The notes under the pieces: generated by a model
What the model was told of the DNA's origin: nothing
Database searches by the model: none
Seen by the model: the letters and a program-made list of their open reading frames with translations, nothing else
Virus record (IMG/VR): IMGVR_UViG_3300022916_000005
DNA from: a virus
Length of the DNA: 64,000 nt
Strand: one strand, 5' to 3'
Part shown: positions 1 to 8,467 of the stretch, one piece after another
Numbering within the stretch: the stretch's first letter is position 1
How the letters are laid out: every line of letters starts with the position of its first letter
Program-made: the position numbers and the translations under genes

Positions 1-279
1 CAAACAGTTCAATTTAGTAACACTACAGAGCTGAACAGCACGATCTATTTCTGTAGACTAAATCAGAACGAGTTCAATATGAGTTCTAATCCAACATATA
101 CAAGTGGATCAGAAATTCTTGTCAAAGATGGACAACACAAGACACCTCCACATGCTTACGTTTCAACTGTTGGACTGTATGGTGCAGATAATTCCTTATT
201 GGGAGTTGCAAAGTTGTCAACTCCCCTGAAAAAGTCCAGTGAAAACTCACTTACAATTAGGTGCCGCGCAGACTATTAG
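1..279 (+). CDS. Virion structural protein, baseplate/tail-associated (5'-truncated)
   Basis: Frame is open from base 1. C-terminus (NEFNMSSNPTY...VGLYGADNSLLGVAKLSTPLKK) is paralogous to the C-terminus of 836..1981. Confidence 0.6.
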   Translation, partial: QTVQFSNTTELNSTIYFCRLNQNEFNMSSNPTYTSGSEILVKDGQHKTPPHAYVSTVGLYGADNSLLGVAKLSTPLKKSSENSLTIRCRADY

Positions 280-316
280 GCGACTTCCTATTTCTTTTAA
301 TTAAATAAAACCAAAT

Positions 317-324
317 ACTAATTA
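317..324 (+). promoter_or_regulatory. Putative late promoter ACTAATTA
   Basis: Recurring CTA(A/T)TTA motif about 25 nt upstream of the start codon. Confidence 0.55.
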
Positions 325-348
325 TATTATACAAAGGAGCGACTTGTT

Positions 349-834
349 ATGCCAAAGAAACGGAACATCTCTATCTGGATTCCTGTGATCATATCTATCA
401 TTGTCAGCTTGACAGGGATCACTACCGCCTTCATTGGCAAGATGGACTTTGACGATAAAGGGAAAGCTCTTCAAGAACAAGTTGTTAAGAAAGATGTTCA
501 ACATGAGAAAGCCCTAAATCTGCTATTGCCAGAAGTCTTTAAGATTAAAGATGATGTCGCAGACTTGGCAACACAACAGGCAGAGTTTGAAAGGAAGATG
601 TATAAATTAATTCTGGATAGGAAAGTTGTACAAGTTTTCCCAGAAGAAGATGATTATGACGATGAGACTTTATTCTATGATGACGAATTTGATGATGAAT
701 TTGACGAAACAATGGAAGATGAGGTTATCATTATGGTTGCCCCAAAAAAGTCTCCCAAAATGAAAGGGCACAAAGTAAAGGTAAATGTTCAAATTATGCA
801 ATTTGAATTTGACAAGATGGAAGAAGTATTTTAA
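349..834 (+). CDS. Hypothetical membrane-anchored protein
   Basis: AAGGAG RBS; N-terminal TM helix, coiled coil, acidic tract. Confidence 0.6.
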   Translation: MPKKRNISIWIPVIISIIVSLTGITTAFIGKMDFDDKGKALQEQVVKKDVQHEKALNLLLPEVFKIKDDVADLATQQAEFERKMYKLILDRKVVQVFPEEDDYDDETLFYDDEFDDEFDETMEDEVIIMVAPKKSPKMKGHKVKVNVQIMQFEFDKMEEVF

Positions 835-835
835 A

Positions 836-1981
836 ATGTATTTATACGAATTTGAAAGAAATGATGTAATCAATAACAGAATTAAAATGTATCCTTATAG
901 TCAATTTTTTATGTATCAAGGGGTGACATATTATAACAGTGACAATCAAAGTAGCTCATTAGGAAGTGTCCCGAGCGGGTACATCGATCTGTATGAACTA
1001 AATATTCACAGAGAAGAGAATGGATATGATCTGGTATATCCTTACATAACAAAAGATAGTGGATTAACTGCATTTAAGACAATCAGTACTGACGAATATA
1101 ATCAAGACTTTGTATATGGAGACGTAATTACAGGATCTTATCCAATGTCTGCAAGCATTACGAGCGAGTTTGTTTATCCTTCTACTGCCGAGACAGACGA
1201 AAGAAAACTTGATGCACTATATAACACACTAAATTATAATGCCAAATTGTCTCCATCGTATGTTGTGTCTTCGTCAATTAGAAACTTGTATGATGAAGAT
1301 TGGAGATTGATCTCAATTCCAAGTATCTTTTATGGGTCAACAATTAAGAAGGGAACTGTAGATTTAAAGTTCTATTTGTCGGCAAATTTGTCCTCAAGAC
1401 TACAAGACACAAACAAGAACGGAGAACTAATCGAAACGACAGGGAGTCATGCCGGTAATGTAGCAGGAGTTGTCTTGTATGATCAGGGATTCGTTCTTCT
1501 GACAAGTTCTTACGACATATCTGACGGAGCACACACAGAACCTTATCTTGGATCTGGCTCAATAACTCCACAATGGAGATACTTCATGTCAACAGAATCA
1601 AGTATTCCATCATCTTCATTTGATATGACATTTAACGGAACTAGTTATACCAACACCATGACAATGTTTGCAAAAGCTCCAAAAGGGGAATTGAATAGCA
1701 GCAATAACCCGACATTCATTACTCATGGGCAAGAATTGTCAGCCTCTGTTGGTGATGATAACTATTTCGAGAAGAACAACATAACAGTAAAGAATATTCA
1801 ACAAAGTCCATATGGAGCAGAGATGGATACGACAGCATCATTTGAGAGAACAACATACCTATCATCAGTCAATATTTATGATGAAGATAGGAACTTAATT
1901 GCTGTTGCAAAGATGGCAAATCCTGTACGTAAGAGAGAACAGGATGCATTCAATTTTAAATTAAAGATAGACTTAACATAG
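836..1981 (+). CDS. Virion structural protein, baseplate/tail-associated
   Basis: ATG at 836 directly follows the upstream stop; S/T/G-rich; C-terminal NIYDEDRNLIAVAKMANPVRK motif. Confidence 0.6.
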   Translation: MYLYEFERNDVINNRIKMYPYSQFFMYQGVTYYNSDNQSSSLGSVPSGYIDLYELNIHREENGYDLVYPYITKDSGLTAFKTISTDEYNQDFVYGDVITGSYPMSASITSEFVYPSTAETDERKLDALYNTLNYNAKLSPSYVVSSSIRNLYDEDWRLISIPSIFYGSTIKKGTVDLKFYLSANLSSRLQDTNKNGELIETTGSHAGNVAGVVLYDQGFVLLTSSYDISDGAHTEPYLGSGSITPQWRYFMSTESSIPSSSFDMTFNGTSYTNTMTMFAKAPKGELNSSNNPTFITHGQELSASVGDDNYFEKNNITVKNIQQSPYGAEMDTTASFERTTYLSSVNIYDEDRNLIAVAKMANPVRKREQDAFNFKLKIDLT

Positions 1982-1990
1982 AGGTGAAAT

Positions 1991-2539
1991 GTGAAGTATT
2001 ACTTTGGGTACGACGTTAGTTCAAGTGCGATTGGAGTTTCTGTGATGGATGAGGATAAAAAGATTATTGTGTCAAAGGCATTACTTTTCGATCCTAAGAA
2101 GGAAACACTAGAGCAGAGAGCACAATTCTTTGAACAAGATTTAAAAATTATGTTGACAAAGTATAAGCCATGTGATATATTTGTAGAAGAACCTGCCAAA
2201 GCATTCGGACAAGGCAGCAGCAATGCCCAAACGATAGGTACTCTTCAAAGATTTAATGGAATGATTTGCTATGCTATCTATAGGAATACAAAGATACAAG
2301 CAAACCTCATTAATGCCAGATCTGCCAGAAAGTTAGTTGGTATCCCATATGTTCGAGGATTGTCAACAACTCAGTTAAAGAAATACTTGACAAGACATGT
2401 CAAAGAGATGTATGATGACTTTGAGATTGTATACACTACAAAAGGAAATTTGAAACGCGGAATTGCCGACAAAGCCGATTCCGTGATTGTCAATTTGGCA
2501 GGAATGAAAACAGGAGAAGAAGAGAGTGAAAGAACCTAA
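1991..2539 (+). CDS. RuvC-like Holliday junction resolvase
   Basis: GYDVSSSAIG, IFVEEP and DKADS match the RuvC catalytic pattern; GAGGTG RBS, GTG start. Confidence 0.8.
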   Translation: MKYYFGYDVSSSAIGVSVMDEDKKIIVSKALLFDPKKETLEQRAQFFEQDLKIMLTKYKPCDIFVEEPAKAFGQGSSNAQTIGTLQRFNGMICYAIYRNTKIQANLINARSARKLVGIPYVRGLSTTQLKKYLTRHVKEMYDDFEIVYTTKGNLKRGIADKADSVIVNLAGMKTGEEESERT

Positions 2540-2768
2540 AGAGATGGTAAATCATCCAGATCACTATAAGGGTCATAACATTGAAGTTATTGACATCATT
2601 GAGGATTTTGATTTGGGATTTAGCTTGGGGAACATAATTAAGTATGTATTACGAGCCGATAGTAAAGGAAATGATGTACAAGATTTAGAAAAAGCTCTTT
2701 GGTATTTGCGGAGAGAACTTGATAACAGAGGAGTAAAACAAAATGAAGAAATTGGAAAAACTGCTTAA
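2526..2768 (+). CDS. DUF3310 family protein
   Basis: VNHPDHY...IEVIDII...GNIIKYVLRA...DLEKALWYL. Confidence 0.9.
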   Translation: MKEPKEMVNHPDHYKGHNIEVIDIIEDFDLGFSLGNIIKYVLRADSKGNDVQDLEKALWYLRRELDNRGVKQNEEIGKTA

Positions 2769-3087
2769 AGAGCAAATCCTTCAAGAGATCCATGCGTTAG
2801 GGATGAATCAAAATAAGCCAGCACCAGCATTGGGATCGTCAACTATGATTGACGGATCGATTGAGGAGATTATTGCACACCTTAAACAAGCACTTGAAAC
2901 ATCTTCGTCATTTGGACTATTGCTTGTGACGCAGACAATTCAAGATGCCTTGACGATGGCAGTTGCAGCACTCGAACAGTTCAAGATGGACAACCGAATT
3001 GGGATGACCGATCCAACTGCTGATATTTATGTCCCACAAGATGACGGCCCTGTGGCTCTCTGGGAAAACAAAAAGCACAATAGATAA
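2743..3087 (+). CDS. Hypothetical protein, possible internal head protein
   Basis: N-terminal LEKLLKEQILQE motif shared with other ORFs in the window. Confidence 0.55.
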   Translation: MKKLEKLLKEQILQEIHALGMNQNKPAPALGSSTMIDGSIEEIIAHLKQALETSSSFGLLLVTQTIQDALTMAVAALEQFKMDNRIGMTDPTADIYVPQDDGPVALWENKKHNR

Positions 3088-3094
3088 CTAATTA
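3087..3094 (+). promoter_or_regulatory. Putative late promoter ACTAATTA
   Basis: Recurring motif upstream of the homing endonuclease leader. Confidence 0.55.
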
Positions 3095-3101
3095 GAGTAT
3101 A

Positions 3102-3189
3102 GGTCAAAGGTGAGGACAGCACTGGCCAGTGTTTTTCTCTTTCCTCGTAAGAGGAATTACTCACACTTGATTTGCTACACAACGAGGAA
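3102..3189 (+). promoter_or_regulatory. Structured 5' leader of the GIY-YIG gene, candidate translational switch
   Basis: Outer stem 3104-3114/3160-3170; palindrome CACTGGCCAGTG at 3120-3131; GTAA-capped hairpin at 3141-3156; 3141-3148 is also complementary to the RBS region 3182-3189. Confidence 0.5.
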
Positions 3190-3195
3190 CAAACA

Positions 3196-4140
3196 ATGAC
3201 AAACAAAACAAGTGGTATCTATCAAATTAAAAACATAAAGAATGGGAAGATGTATATAGGACAATCCACTTGCATTAAAGAAAGGTGGGAAGTTCATCGA
3301 AAACTTTTGAATAGAAATCGACATACAAATCTTCATTTGCAAATGGAATATGATCGTTATGGTGAAAAGTCGTATGAGTATTCTGTTTGCGAGTTGGTTG
3401 AAGAGGAAAGACTTGACGAGCGGGAGATTTATTGGATATCTCGTCTCGATACTTTTCTGGATTGTGATAAGGGCTATAACAAATCCTGCGGAGGAGAAGG
3501 GGTAGGAAAAGGAGAAAATCATCCTTGTGCAAGGTTTGACAAAATGGCGATTGTCGAAATTAGGAAAGAATACAAAGACAACTCAGAATTGTTAATTAGA
3601 GACATTTGCCGAAAACGCAAAGTAGACGAGATGACAATTGGGAGAATCATTAGAAACAAAACATATTTTGATAAAGATTATATTCCACCAACAAAAGAAG
3701 AAATAAACAAAAAGAAAAGTAACAATGCCGCTGTCCGAATGATTGGGGATAAAAATCCTAATTTTGGAAAGTATGGAGAGGCAAACTCTAATTTTGGAAA
3801 GTATGGGGTAGATTCTCCAAATGCTGTTTTTACTAATGCTCAAATTGTTGAAATTAGAAAAAAATACAACGATAATGTGTCTCTAATTAGACTTGCCAGC
3901 ATGTATGATGTAAGTGATTCGACAATTGGAGCGATTGTAAGAAATGAAAGATATGTGGATGATAATTATCATCCACCAGAGAAGAATGTTATAAGGGTTA
4001 AAGTGACATGGGAACTTGTTGAAAAGATTCGAGAGAGATTTAATAAAGATAGTCCAACTCAAGTTTCGTTAGCAAGAGAATTCAAAGTTTCAGTTTCTTG
4101 CATTAACAACATTGTTCGAAACAAAACTTGGGTTATTTGA
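3196..4140 (+). CDS. GIY-YIG homing endonuclease with repeated HTH-like DNA-binding modules
   Basis: SGIYQIKN...MYIGQS; three IVEIRK...I..IVRN repeats; ATG at 3196 with GAGGA RBS. Confidence 0.9.
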   Translation: MTNKTSGIYQIKNIKNGKMYIGQSTCIKERWEVHRKLLNRNRHTNLHLQMEYDRYGEKSYEYSVCELVEEERLDEREIYWISRLDTFLDCDKGYNKSCGGEGVGKGENHPCARFDKMAIVEIRKEYKDNSELLIRDICRKRKVDEMTIGRIIRNKTYFDKDYIPPTKEEINKKKSNNAAVRMIGDKNPNFGKYGEANSNFGKYGVDSPNAVFTNAQIVEIRKKYNDNVSLIRLASMYDVSDSTIGAIVRNERYVDDNYHPPEKNVIRVKVTWELVEKIRERFNKDSPTQVSLAREFKVSVSCINNIVRNKTWVI

Positions 4141-4156
4141 TTTTGCATGATTTTCT

Positions 4157-4185
4157 TTGACAATTTATAGAATATGTTGTATAAT
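4157..4185 (+). promoter_or_regulatory. Sigma70-type (early) promoter
   Basis: TTGACA-17 nt-TATAAT upstream of primase. Confidence 0.85.
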
Positions 4186-4212
4186 ATATCTATAACAAGT
4201 TAAGGATGTTTT

Positions 4213-5178
4213 ATGAACGAAGCTCAAAAGAAAATGGAGATTTTAAAACAAGTTCTTGGGTCTTCCATTCGCCAGGGAGATGAAAGTCTTTTTTATTGTC
4301 CATATTGTAAAAGCTCAAATCTAGATAAAAAGAAATTATCTATTAATATTAAGAAGGGATATGCAAAATGTTGGACGTGCGACAAGTCTTTTAAGAAGTT
4401 ATCAAGACTCGTCAAGCACTTTGGCACTAGTGAACAGCTATCTAAGTGGTATGAATTAACAAACGAATTTGTTCTTGACGGAACAGACTTAACAAATCTC
4501 TTTGGGAAGAAAGAAGAAAAACCAAAGAACATCAATAACTTAAAACTTCCATCTAATTTTCATTCTCTGACAGGAAGAACAAAGAATGAAAAGGAAGCAA
4601 GAGAATATCTTAAATCCAGAAACATTACAAATAGACAAATATTAAGATACCGCATAGGATATTCAGACTGGGGTGGTGAGTTTTCTTCAAGGATTATTAT
4701 TCCATCTTTTGATAATTATGGTCTTCTTAATTTCTTCATTGCAAGGGATTATCTCAAAAGTGCAAAGAGGAAAAGGTATTGGAATCCTGCCGTACCAAAA
4801 CAAGATGTTATCTTTAACGAGATTGATATCAACTTCAAAGAAGATATAGTTCTTGTTGAAGGTGTATTTGACGCCATTGTTGCAGGAGAGAATGCAGTTC
4901 CCATTTTGGGATCATCACTGGGAAAGAAAACAAGATTATTCAGAAAGCTTGTTGAAAATGATCCTCGTGTTTTCTTGGCATTAGATCCTGGAGCCAAAAA
5001 GAAAGAAATAAACATTATCAAGAAGTTGTTGGAGTTCGGTGTCGAATGTTACAAAGTGTCAATTGATGGATATGATGATGTTGGAATGATGACAAATGAT
5101 GTCTTCGAGAAGAGAAAGAAAGAAGCAGTATATATAAATCAACAATATTTAATGAGGTATCAAATGGGTATGGTATAA
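4213..5178 (+). CDS. DNA primase (DnaG/gp61-like)
   Basis: Zn ribbon CPYC...CWTC, YLKSRNI, RIIIP, TOPRIM VLVEGVFD. Confidence 0.88.
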   Translation: MNEAQKKMEILKQVLGSSIRQGDESLFYCPYCKSSNLDKKKLSINIKKGYAKCWTCDKSFKKLSRLVKHFGTSEQLSKWYELTNEFVLDGTDLTNLFGKKEEKPKNINNLKLPSNFHSLTGRTKNEKEAREYLKSRNITNRQILRYRIGYSDWGGEFSSRIIIPSFDNYGLLNFFIARDYLKSAKRKRYWNPAVPKQDVIFNEIDINFKEDIVLVEGVFDAIVAGENAVPILGSSLGKKTRLFRKLVENDPRVFLALDPGAKKKEINIIKKLLEFGVECYKVSIDGYDDVGMMTNDVFEKRKKEAVYINQQYLMRYQMGMV

Positions 5179-5375
5179 TGAAATTTAAAAAAGGAGATAT
5201 TGTAAGATTAAGACTCTATCCACAAGGAAGAGATCTTTTTCTTATAAGTGTAGAATGTGAAGACTATCAGTACGGAAAGTTAACAAGGGTTCTCCCACTT
5301 CAAGGAAAGTATAAAATGCATGAACAGACATTCCCTCATCATTATCTTAAAGAGGCAAAATTGGTGAGCAGATGA
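5178..5375 (+). CDS. Small hypothetical protein, SH3/KOW-like
   Basis: FKKGDIVRL start; translationally coupled to primase. Confidence 0.55.
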   Translation: MKFKKGDIVRLRLYPQGRDLFLISVECEDYQYGKLTRVLPLQGKYKMHEQTFPHHYLKEAKLVSR

Positions 5376-5596
5376 AAAGAAGATGCAAAGCAAACGACAT
5401 TATAGTTACAAAGTGGCCAAACGAAGAGAGTGAAAAGAGATTTTTCAGAGTCGTTACTACAGATAAACCTTGGAAATCAACATTCCCAACAATAGAATTG
5501 GAAGTGTTGAGTGGTCCAATGAGGGGCGAGTCAGTTTGGGTATATGAAAAGACATTTGAAGGAGAATTTATAAATGAAGAGGAAGATAATGAATAA
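5372..5596 (+). CDS. Small hypothetical protein
   Basis: ATGA-coupled ORF. Confidence 0.55.
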   Translation: MKRRCKANDIIVTKWPNEESEKRFFRVVTTDKPWKSTFPTIELEVLSGPMRGESVWVYEKTFEGEFINEEEDNE

Positions 5597-6887
5597 AAAC
5601 AAAGGGTTACGGATCTTGCATTTATCAGATTTGCACGTACAAAATCTAAAGTACCAAGAAGAATACAAGACAATCTTTGAGGAACTTTACAAGAAAGTAA
5701 AGGTACTAGATCCTGACGGGATCGTTATTACTGGAGACATCTTCCACTCAAAGACCCCATCTTCAGAAGCTTACGACATGGTGTCTAAGTTATTGAAGTC
5801 ATTGGCAGATATTAAGAAGACATATGTTCTATGTGGTAATCACGATATGAATGTGCGTAATAAAGATCGTCTTGATAGCATTACTCCTGTTGTAGATACG
5901 TTACAACATCCTAATATTGAATATCTTAAGTATTCAAGTATTCACCATATTAAGGATAATTTCTATTTTAATGTTCTTTCTCTTTTTGATGAGGACAATT
6001 GGGTTCCTTCCCCAAAGGATGATGGTAATGTCTACATTTCTCTCTATCACGGAGTTGTATCTGGAAGTCAGACAGAGTTTGGGTATAAATTTGAAAAGGG
6101 ACAGATTGATGACAATATTTTGTATTCAAGTACTTTTGGACTGCTGGGAGATATTCACCTACGTCAAGCATTAGGTGGCAGTGATCGTTTTTGGATGGCA
6201 GGGTCTCTAATTGCGACAAACTTCGGAGAGACAGAAGATAAAGGATTTCTTGTATGGGATATTGAAGATAAGGATGAATACAATATTGAATTTGTCAAAC
6301 TTAATAATCCTCATCCATTTATTAATGTTAAGGCAGAAGAACTTGATGATAAGATTGATTCTTTAAGAAGTGCAAGAGTAAGATTGATCACTGAACAAGT
6401 CTTGACCAAGGAAGAAGAAAGAAATATCAAGTTTAAAATTAATCAACAGTATCCTTATAGTATTAAGTTCCATACGAAGGTGAAAAAGTTAGCAGAAGAT
6501 GTAATGTCAACATCTGATGGTTTAACTGGGGATGTCCGTATTCAATCTGTGCAGGAACGATTGTTTGAAGAATTTGTAGGAGATGCACTTGATGAACGAG
6601 AGTTAAAGGAACTATTAGAATTAAACAAACAATATTCAGCCTTACTAGAACAAGAAGAAACAGCAAGAGGAACGACTTGGAAGGTGAAGACTTTAGAGTG
6701 GGATAATCTATTCAACTATGGAGAAGGGAACAAGATCGACTTCGAGAAATTGCAAGGCAATATTGTAGGAATATTGGGGAACAATTATAGTGGAAAGTGT
6801 GTGGATAAAAAAACCGAAATCGAAATAGAATTTGATGAAGAAGAAATTATAAATAAATTAGGATTCCTTCCAGATGAATTGAGTTAA
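5589..6887 (+). CDS. SbcD/Mre11/gp47-like nuclease fused to the SbcC N-terminal lobe and the N-fragment of a split intein
   Basis: Metallophosphoesterase motifs SDLH, TGDIFH, GNHD, GDIH; then KVKTLEWDNLFNYG...GILGNNYSGK (SbcC up to the Walker A Lys); then intein block A. Confidence 0.9.
   Translation: MNKNKGLRILHLSDLHVQNLKYQEEYKTIFEELYKKVKVLDPDGIVITGDIFHSKTPSSEAYDMVSKLLKSLADIKKTYVLCGNHDMNVRNKDRLDSITPVVDTLQHPNIEYLKYSSIHHIKDNFYFNVLSLFDEDNWVPSPKDDGNVYISLYHGVVSGSQTEFGYKFEKGQIDDNILYSSTFGLLGDIHLRQALGGSDRFWMAGSLIATNFGETEDKGFLVWDIEDKDEYNIEFVKLNNPHPFINVKAEELDDKIDSLRSARVRLITEQVLTKEEERNIKFKINQQYPYSIKFHTKVKKLAEDVMSTSDGLTGDVRIQSVQERLFEEFVGDALDERELKELLELNKQYSALLEQEETARGTTWKVKTLEWDNLFNYGEGNKIDFEKLQGNIVGILGNNYSGKCVDKKTEIEIEFDEEEIINKLGFLPDELS
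6798..6884 (+). mobile_element. Split intein N-fragment (29 aa)
   Basis: CVDKKTEIEIEF... begins immediately after Walker A GK and ends at the stop codon. Confidence 0.85.
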
Positions 6888-6916
6888 TTCTTAAATAAAG
6901 TTTTCCCAGAGTAGTT

Positions 6917-6924
6917 ACTACTTA
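6917..6924 (+). promoter_or_regulatory. Putative late promoter variant ACTACTTA within a hairpin
   Basis: Motif variant 19 nt upstream of the endonuclease ATG; TTTCCC/GGGAAA arms cover the RBS. Confidence 0.45.
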
Positions 6925-6942
6925 ATAATGGGGGAAAGTAAT

Positions 6943-8103
6943 ATGAAAAAAATATGTAAAACGTGTAAAGAGGAAAAGAGTAAGGAAGATTTTCCTCTTC
7001 ATGGCTATGTTAGAAAAAGTGATGGAGCTTCTTCTCGTCGTTCTGTTTGTAAAGAATGTTACAAAATTGTTGTAGCAAAAAATCATGTTAAAAAATACAA
7101 ACAAAAGAACAAACATGACAGAGATTTGGTTAGGTGCGAAATTTGTGGATATGAGGCAACATTATTAACGTCTCATATTCACTTTAAACACAAAATCAGT
7201 ATGGAGGAGTATAAGAAAAAATATAATACACCCATTTCATCTCCCTTTACACAAGAAATGAAAGATAATAGGAAAGAAACATCACCAACTTCAAAATTGT
7301 ATTGGATTAAAAAAGGATATACAGAAGAAGAGGCTGTCTCGATAGTTTCAAAAAGACAATCCACCTTTTCTTTGGAGAAGTGTGTTGAAAGAGATGGGGA
7401 AAAGAATGGAAGAAAAAGATGGGAAGAGAGACAAGAGTTATGGCAAAAATCTCTATTGAACAATACAGAAGAGTTTATTGATGATATGAATGAAAGAAAG
7501 AACCCTTGGAAGGAGGAGTTTTGGGAAAGGGACAGTTGGAAGGAGGATTACGCATCGAGAGTAAAAAAGGGTAACGGAGTTGTTCCTAAATTGCTTCTTG
7601 AATGTTTTGATGTTAAAGATTTGATTAAAATGCTGCCAACCATAGTTACTTACGAAAAATTAAGACAATATTTAAAGATAAAAGGGCTTCGAATAGCATT
7701 TAAAATTACAGAACAAAATGAAGAACACATATACAGAGAGATGATGAAAGAGTATTCTTTCGAACTTCCAAAAAATAGTAAGTCATTTGGACAAAAGTGT
7801 TATTATAATGGGATTATGTTTCGCTCTCTCGGGGAGGCAGAAATTGCGAAGTTTTTGGACAAAGAAGGAGTTTATTTTCTGTACGAGAGACGATATCCAA
7901 TAAAAGAAACAAGGTATTTGTATGATTTTTATTTGCCAAAATACGACTTGTATGTTGAGTATTATGGCCTTTCTTTGTACGGACCTTATAAGGAAAGGAT
8001 GGAAAAGAAAAAGAAAGAATTATTAGACAACAATATAAAATGTGTGTTTTCGGATGATGTGGAAAAATTAAAAGAATATTTAAAAGAGGAAATAAATGAA
8101 TAA
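6943..8103 (+). CDS. Free-standing homing endonuclease (Zn fingers plus PD-(D/E)XK/Vsr-like domain) between the split-intein halves
   Basis: CKTC..CKEC; C2H2 CEIC...H...H; C-terminal FRSLGEAEIA...YDFYLPKYDLYVEYYG. Confidence 0.8.
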   Translation: MKKICKTCKEEKSKEDFPLHGYVRKSDGASSRRSVCKECYKIVVAKNHVKKYKQKNKHDRDLVRCEICGYEATLLTSHIHFKHKISMEEYKKKYNTPISSPFTQEMKDNRKETSPTSKLYWIKKGYTEEEAVSIVSKRQSTFSLEKCVERDGEKNGRKRWEERQELWQKSLLNNTEEFIDDMNERKNPWKEEFWERDSWKEDYASRVKKGNGVVPKLLLECFDVKDLIKMLPTIVTYEKLRQYLKIKGLRIAFKITEQNEEHIYREMMKEYSFELPKNSKSFGQKCYYNGIMFRSLGEAEIAKFLDKEGVYFLYERRYPIKETRYLYDFYLPKYDLYVEYYGLSLYGPYKERMEKKKKELLDNNIKCVFSDDVEKLKEYLKEEINE

Positions 8104-8467
8104 AAAAATTACAATGGAAAAGTATTATGATTTTTTTAATAAATATGGGGATTGCAATGTAAAAGTGAGCACTCCTTATGGATTTAGAAAAATTGAAGCA
8201 ATTGCGATCACTGCCTTTGATAGTCAAGTTATGGAAGTAAGAACGAAAGAAGGGTTAAAATTAAAAACATCCCCAGACCACTTAATCAAATTAGCAAACG
8301 GAACCTTCACTAAGACAAAGACTTTGAATCCAGGAGATGACATTCAAACTGTAAATGGTTTAGATAAAGTTTCTGTTATTGTCACTCTTCCTTATAGAGA
8401 TGATTTGTACGATCTGCAAGTTGAAGAAGTTAAGCAATACTATTCTAATGGGATTGTTTCTCATAAC
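8096..8467 (+). mobile_element. Split intein C-fragment (124 aa)
   Basis: STPYGF; block B KTSPDH; block F DLYDLQV; block G YYSNGIVSHN followed by +1 Ser. Confidence 0.9.

Noticed and set aside
3102-3172. Hammerhead ribozyme or tRNA in the structured leader
   Set aside because: No CUGANGA/GAAA core and no cloverleaf or T-loop
3758-3806. 19-bp direct repeat with 30-nt period
   Set aside because: Encodes the NFGKYG peptide repeat typical of endonuclease linkers; not a separate element
6888-8095. Group I intron as the explanation for the interrupted sbcC
   Set aside because: Only about 55 nt of non-coding sequence lies upstream of the endonuclease and none downstream, too little for a ribozyme core; both flanks carry intein motifs and the downstream half has its own RBS
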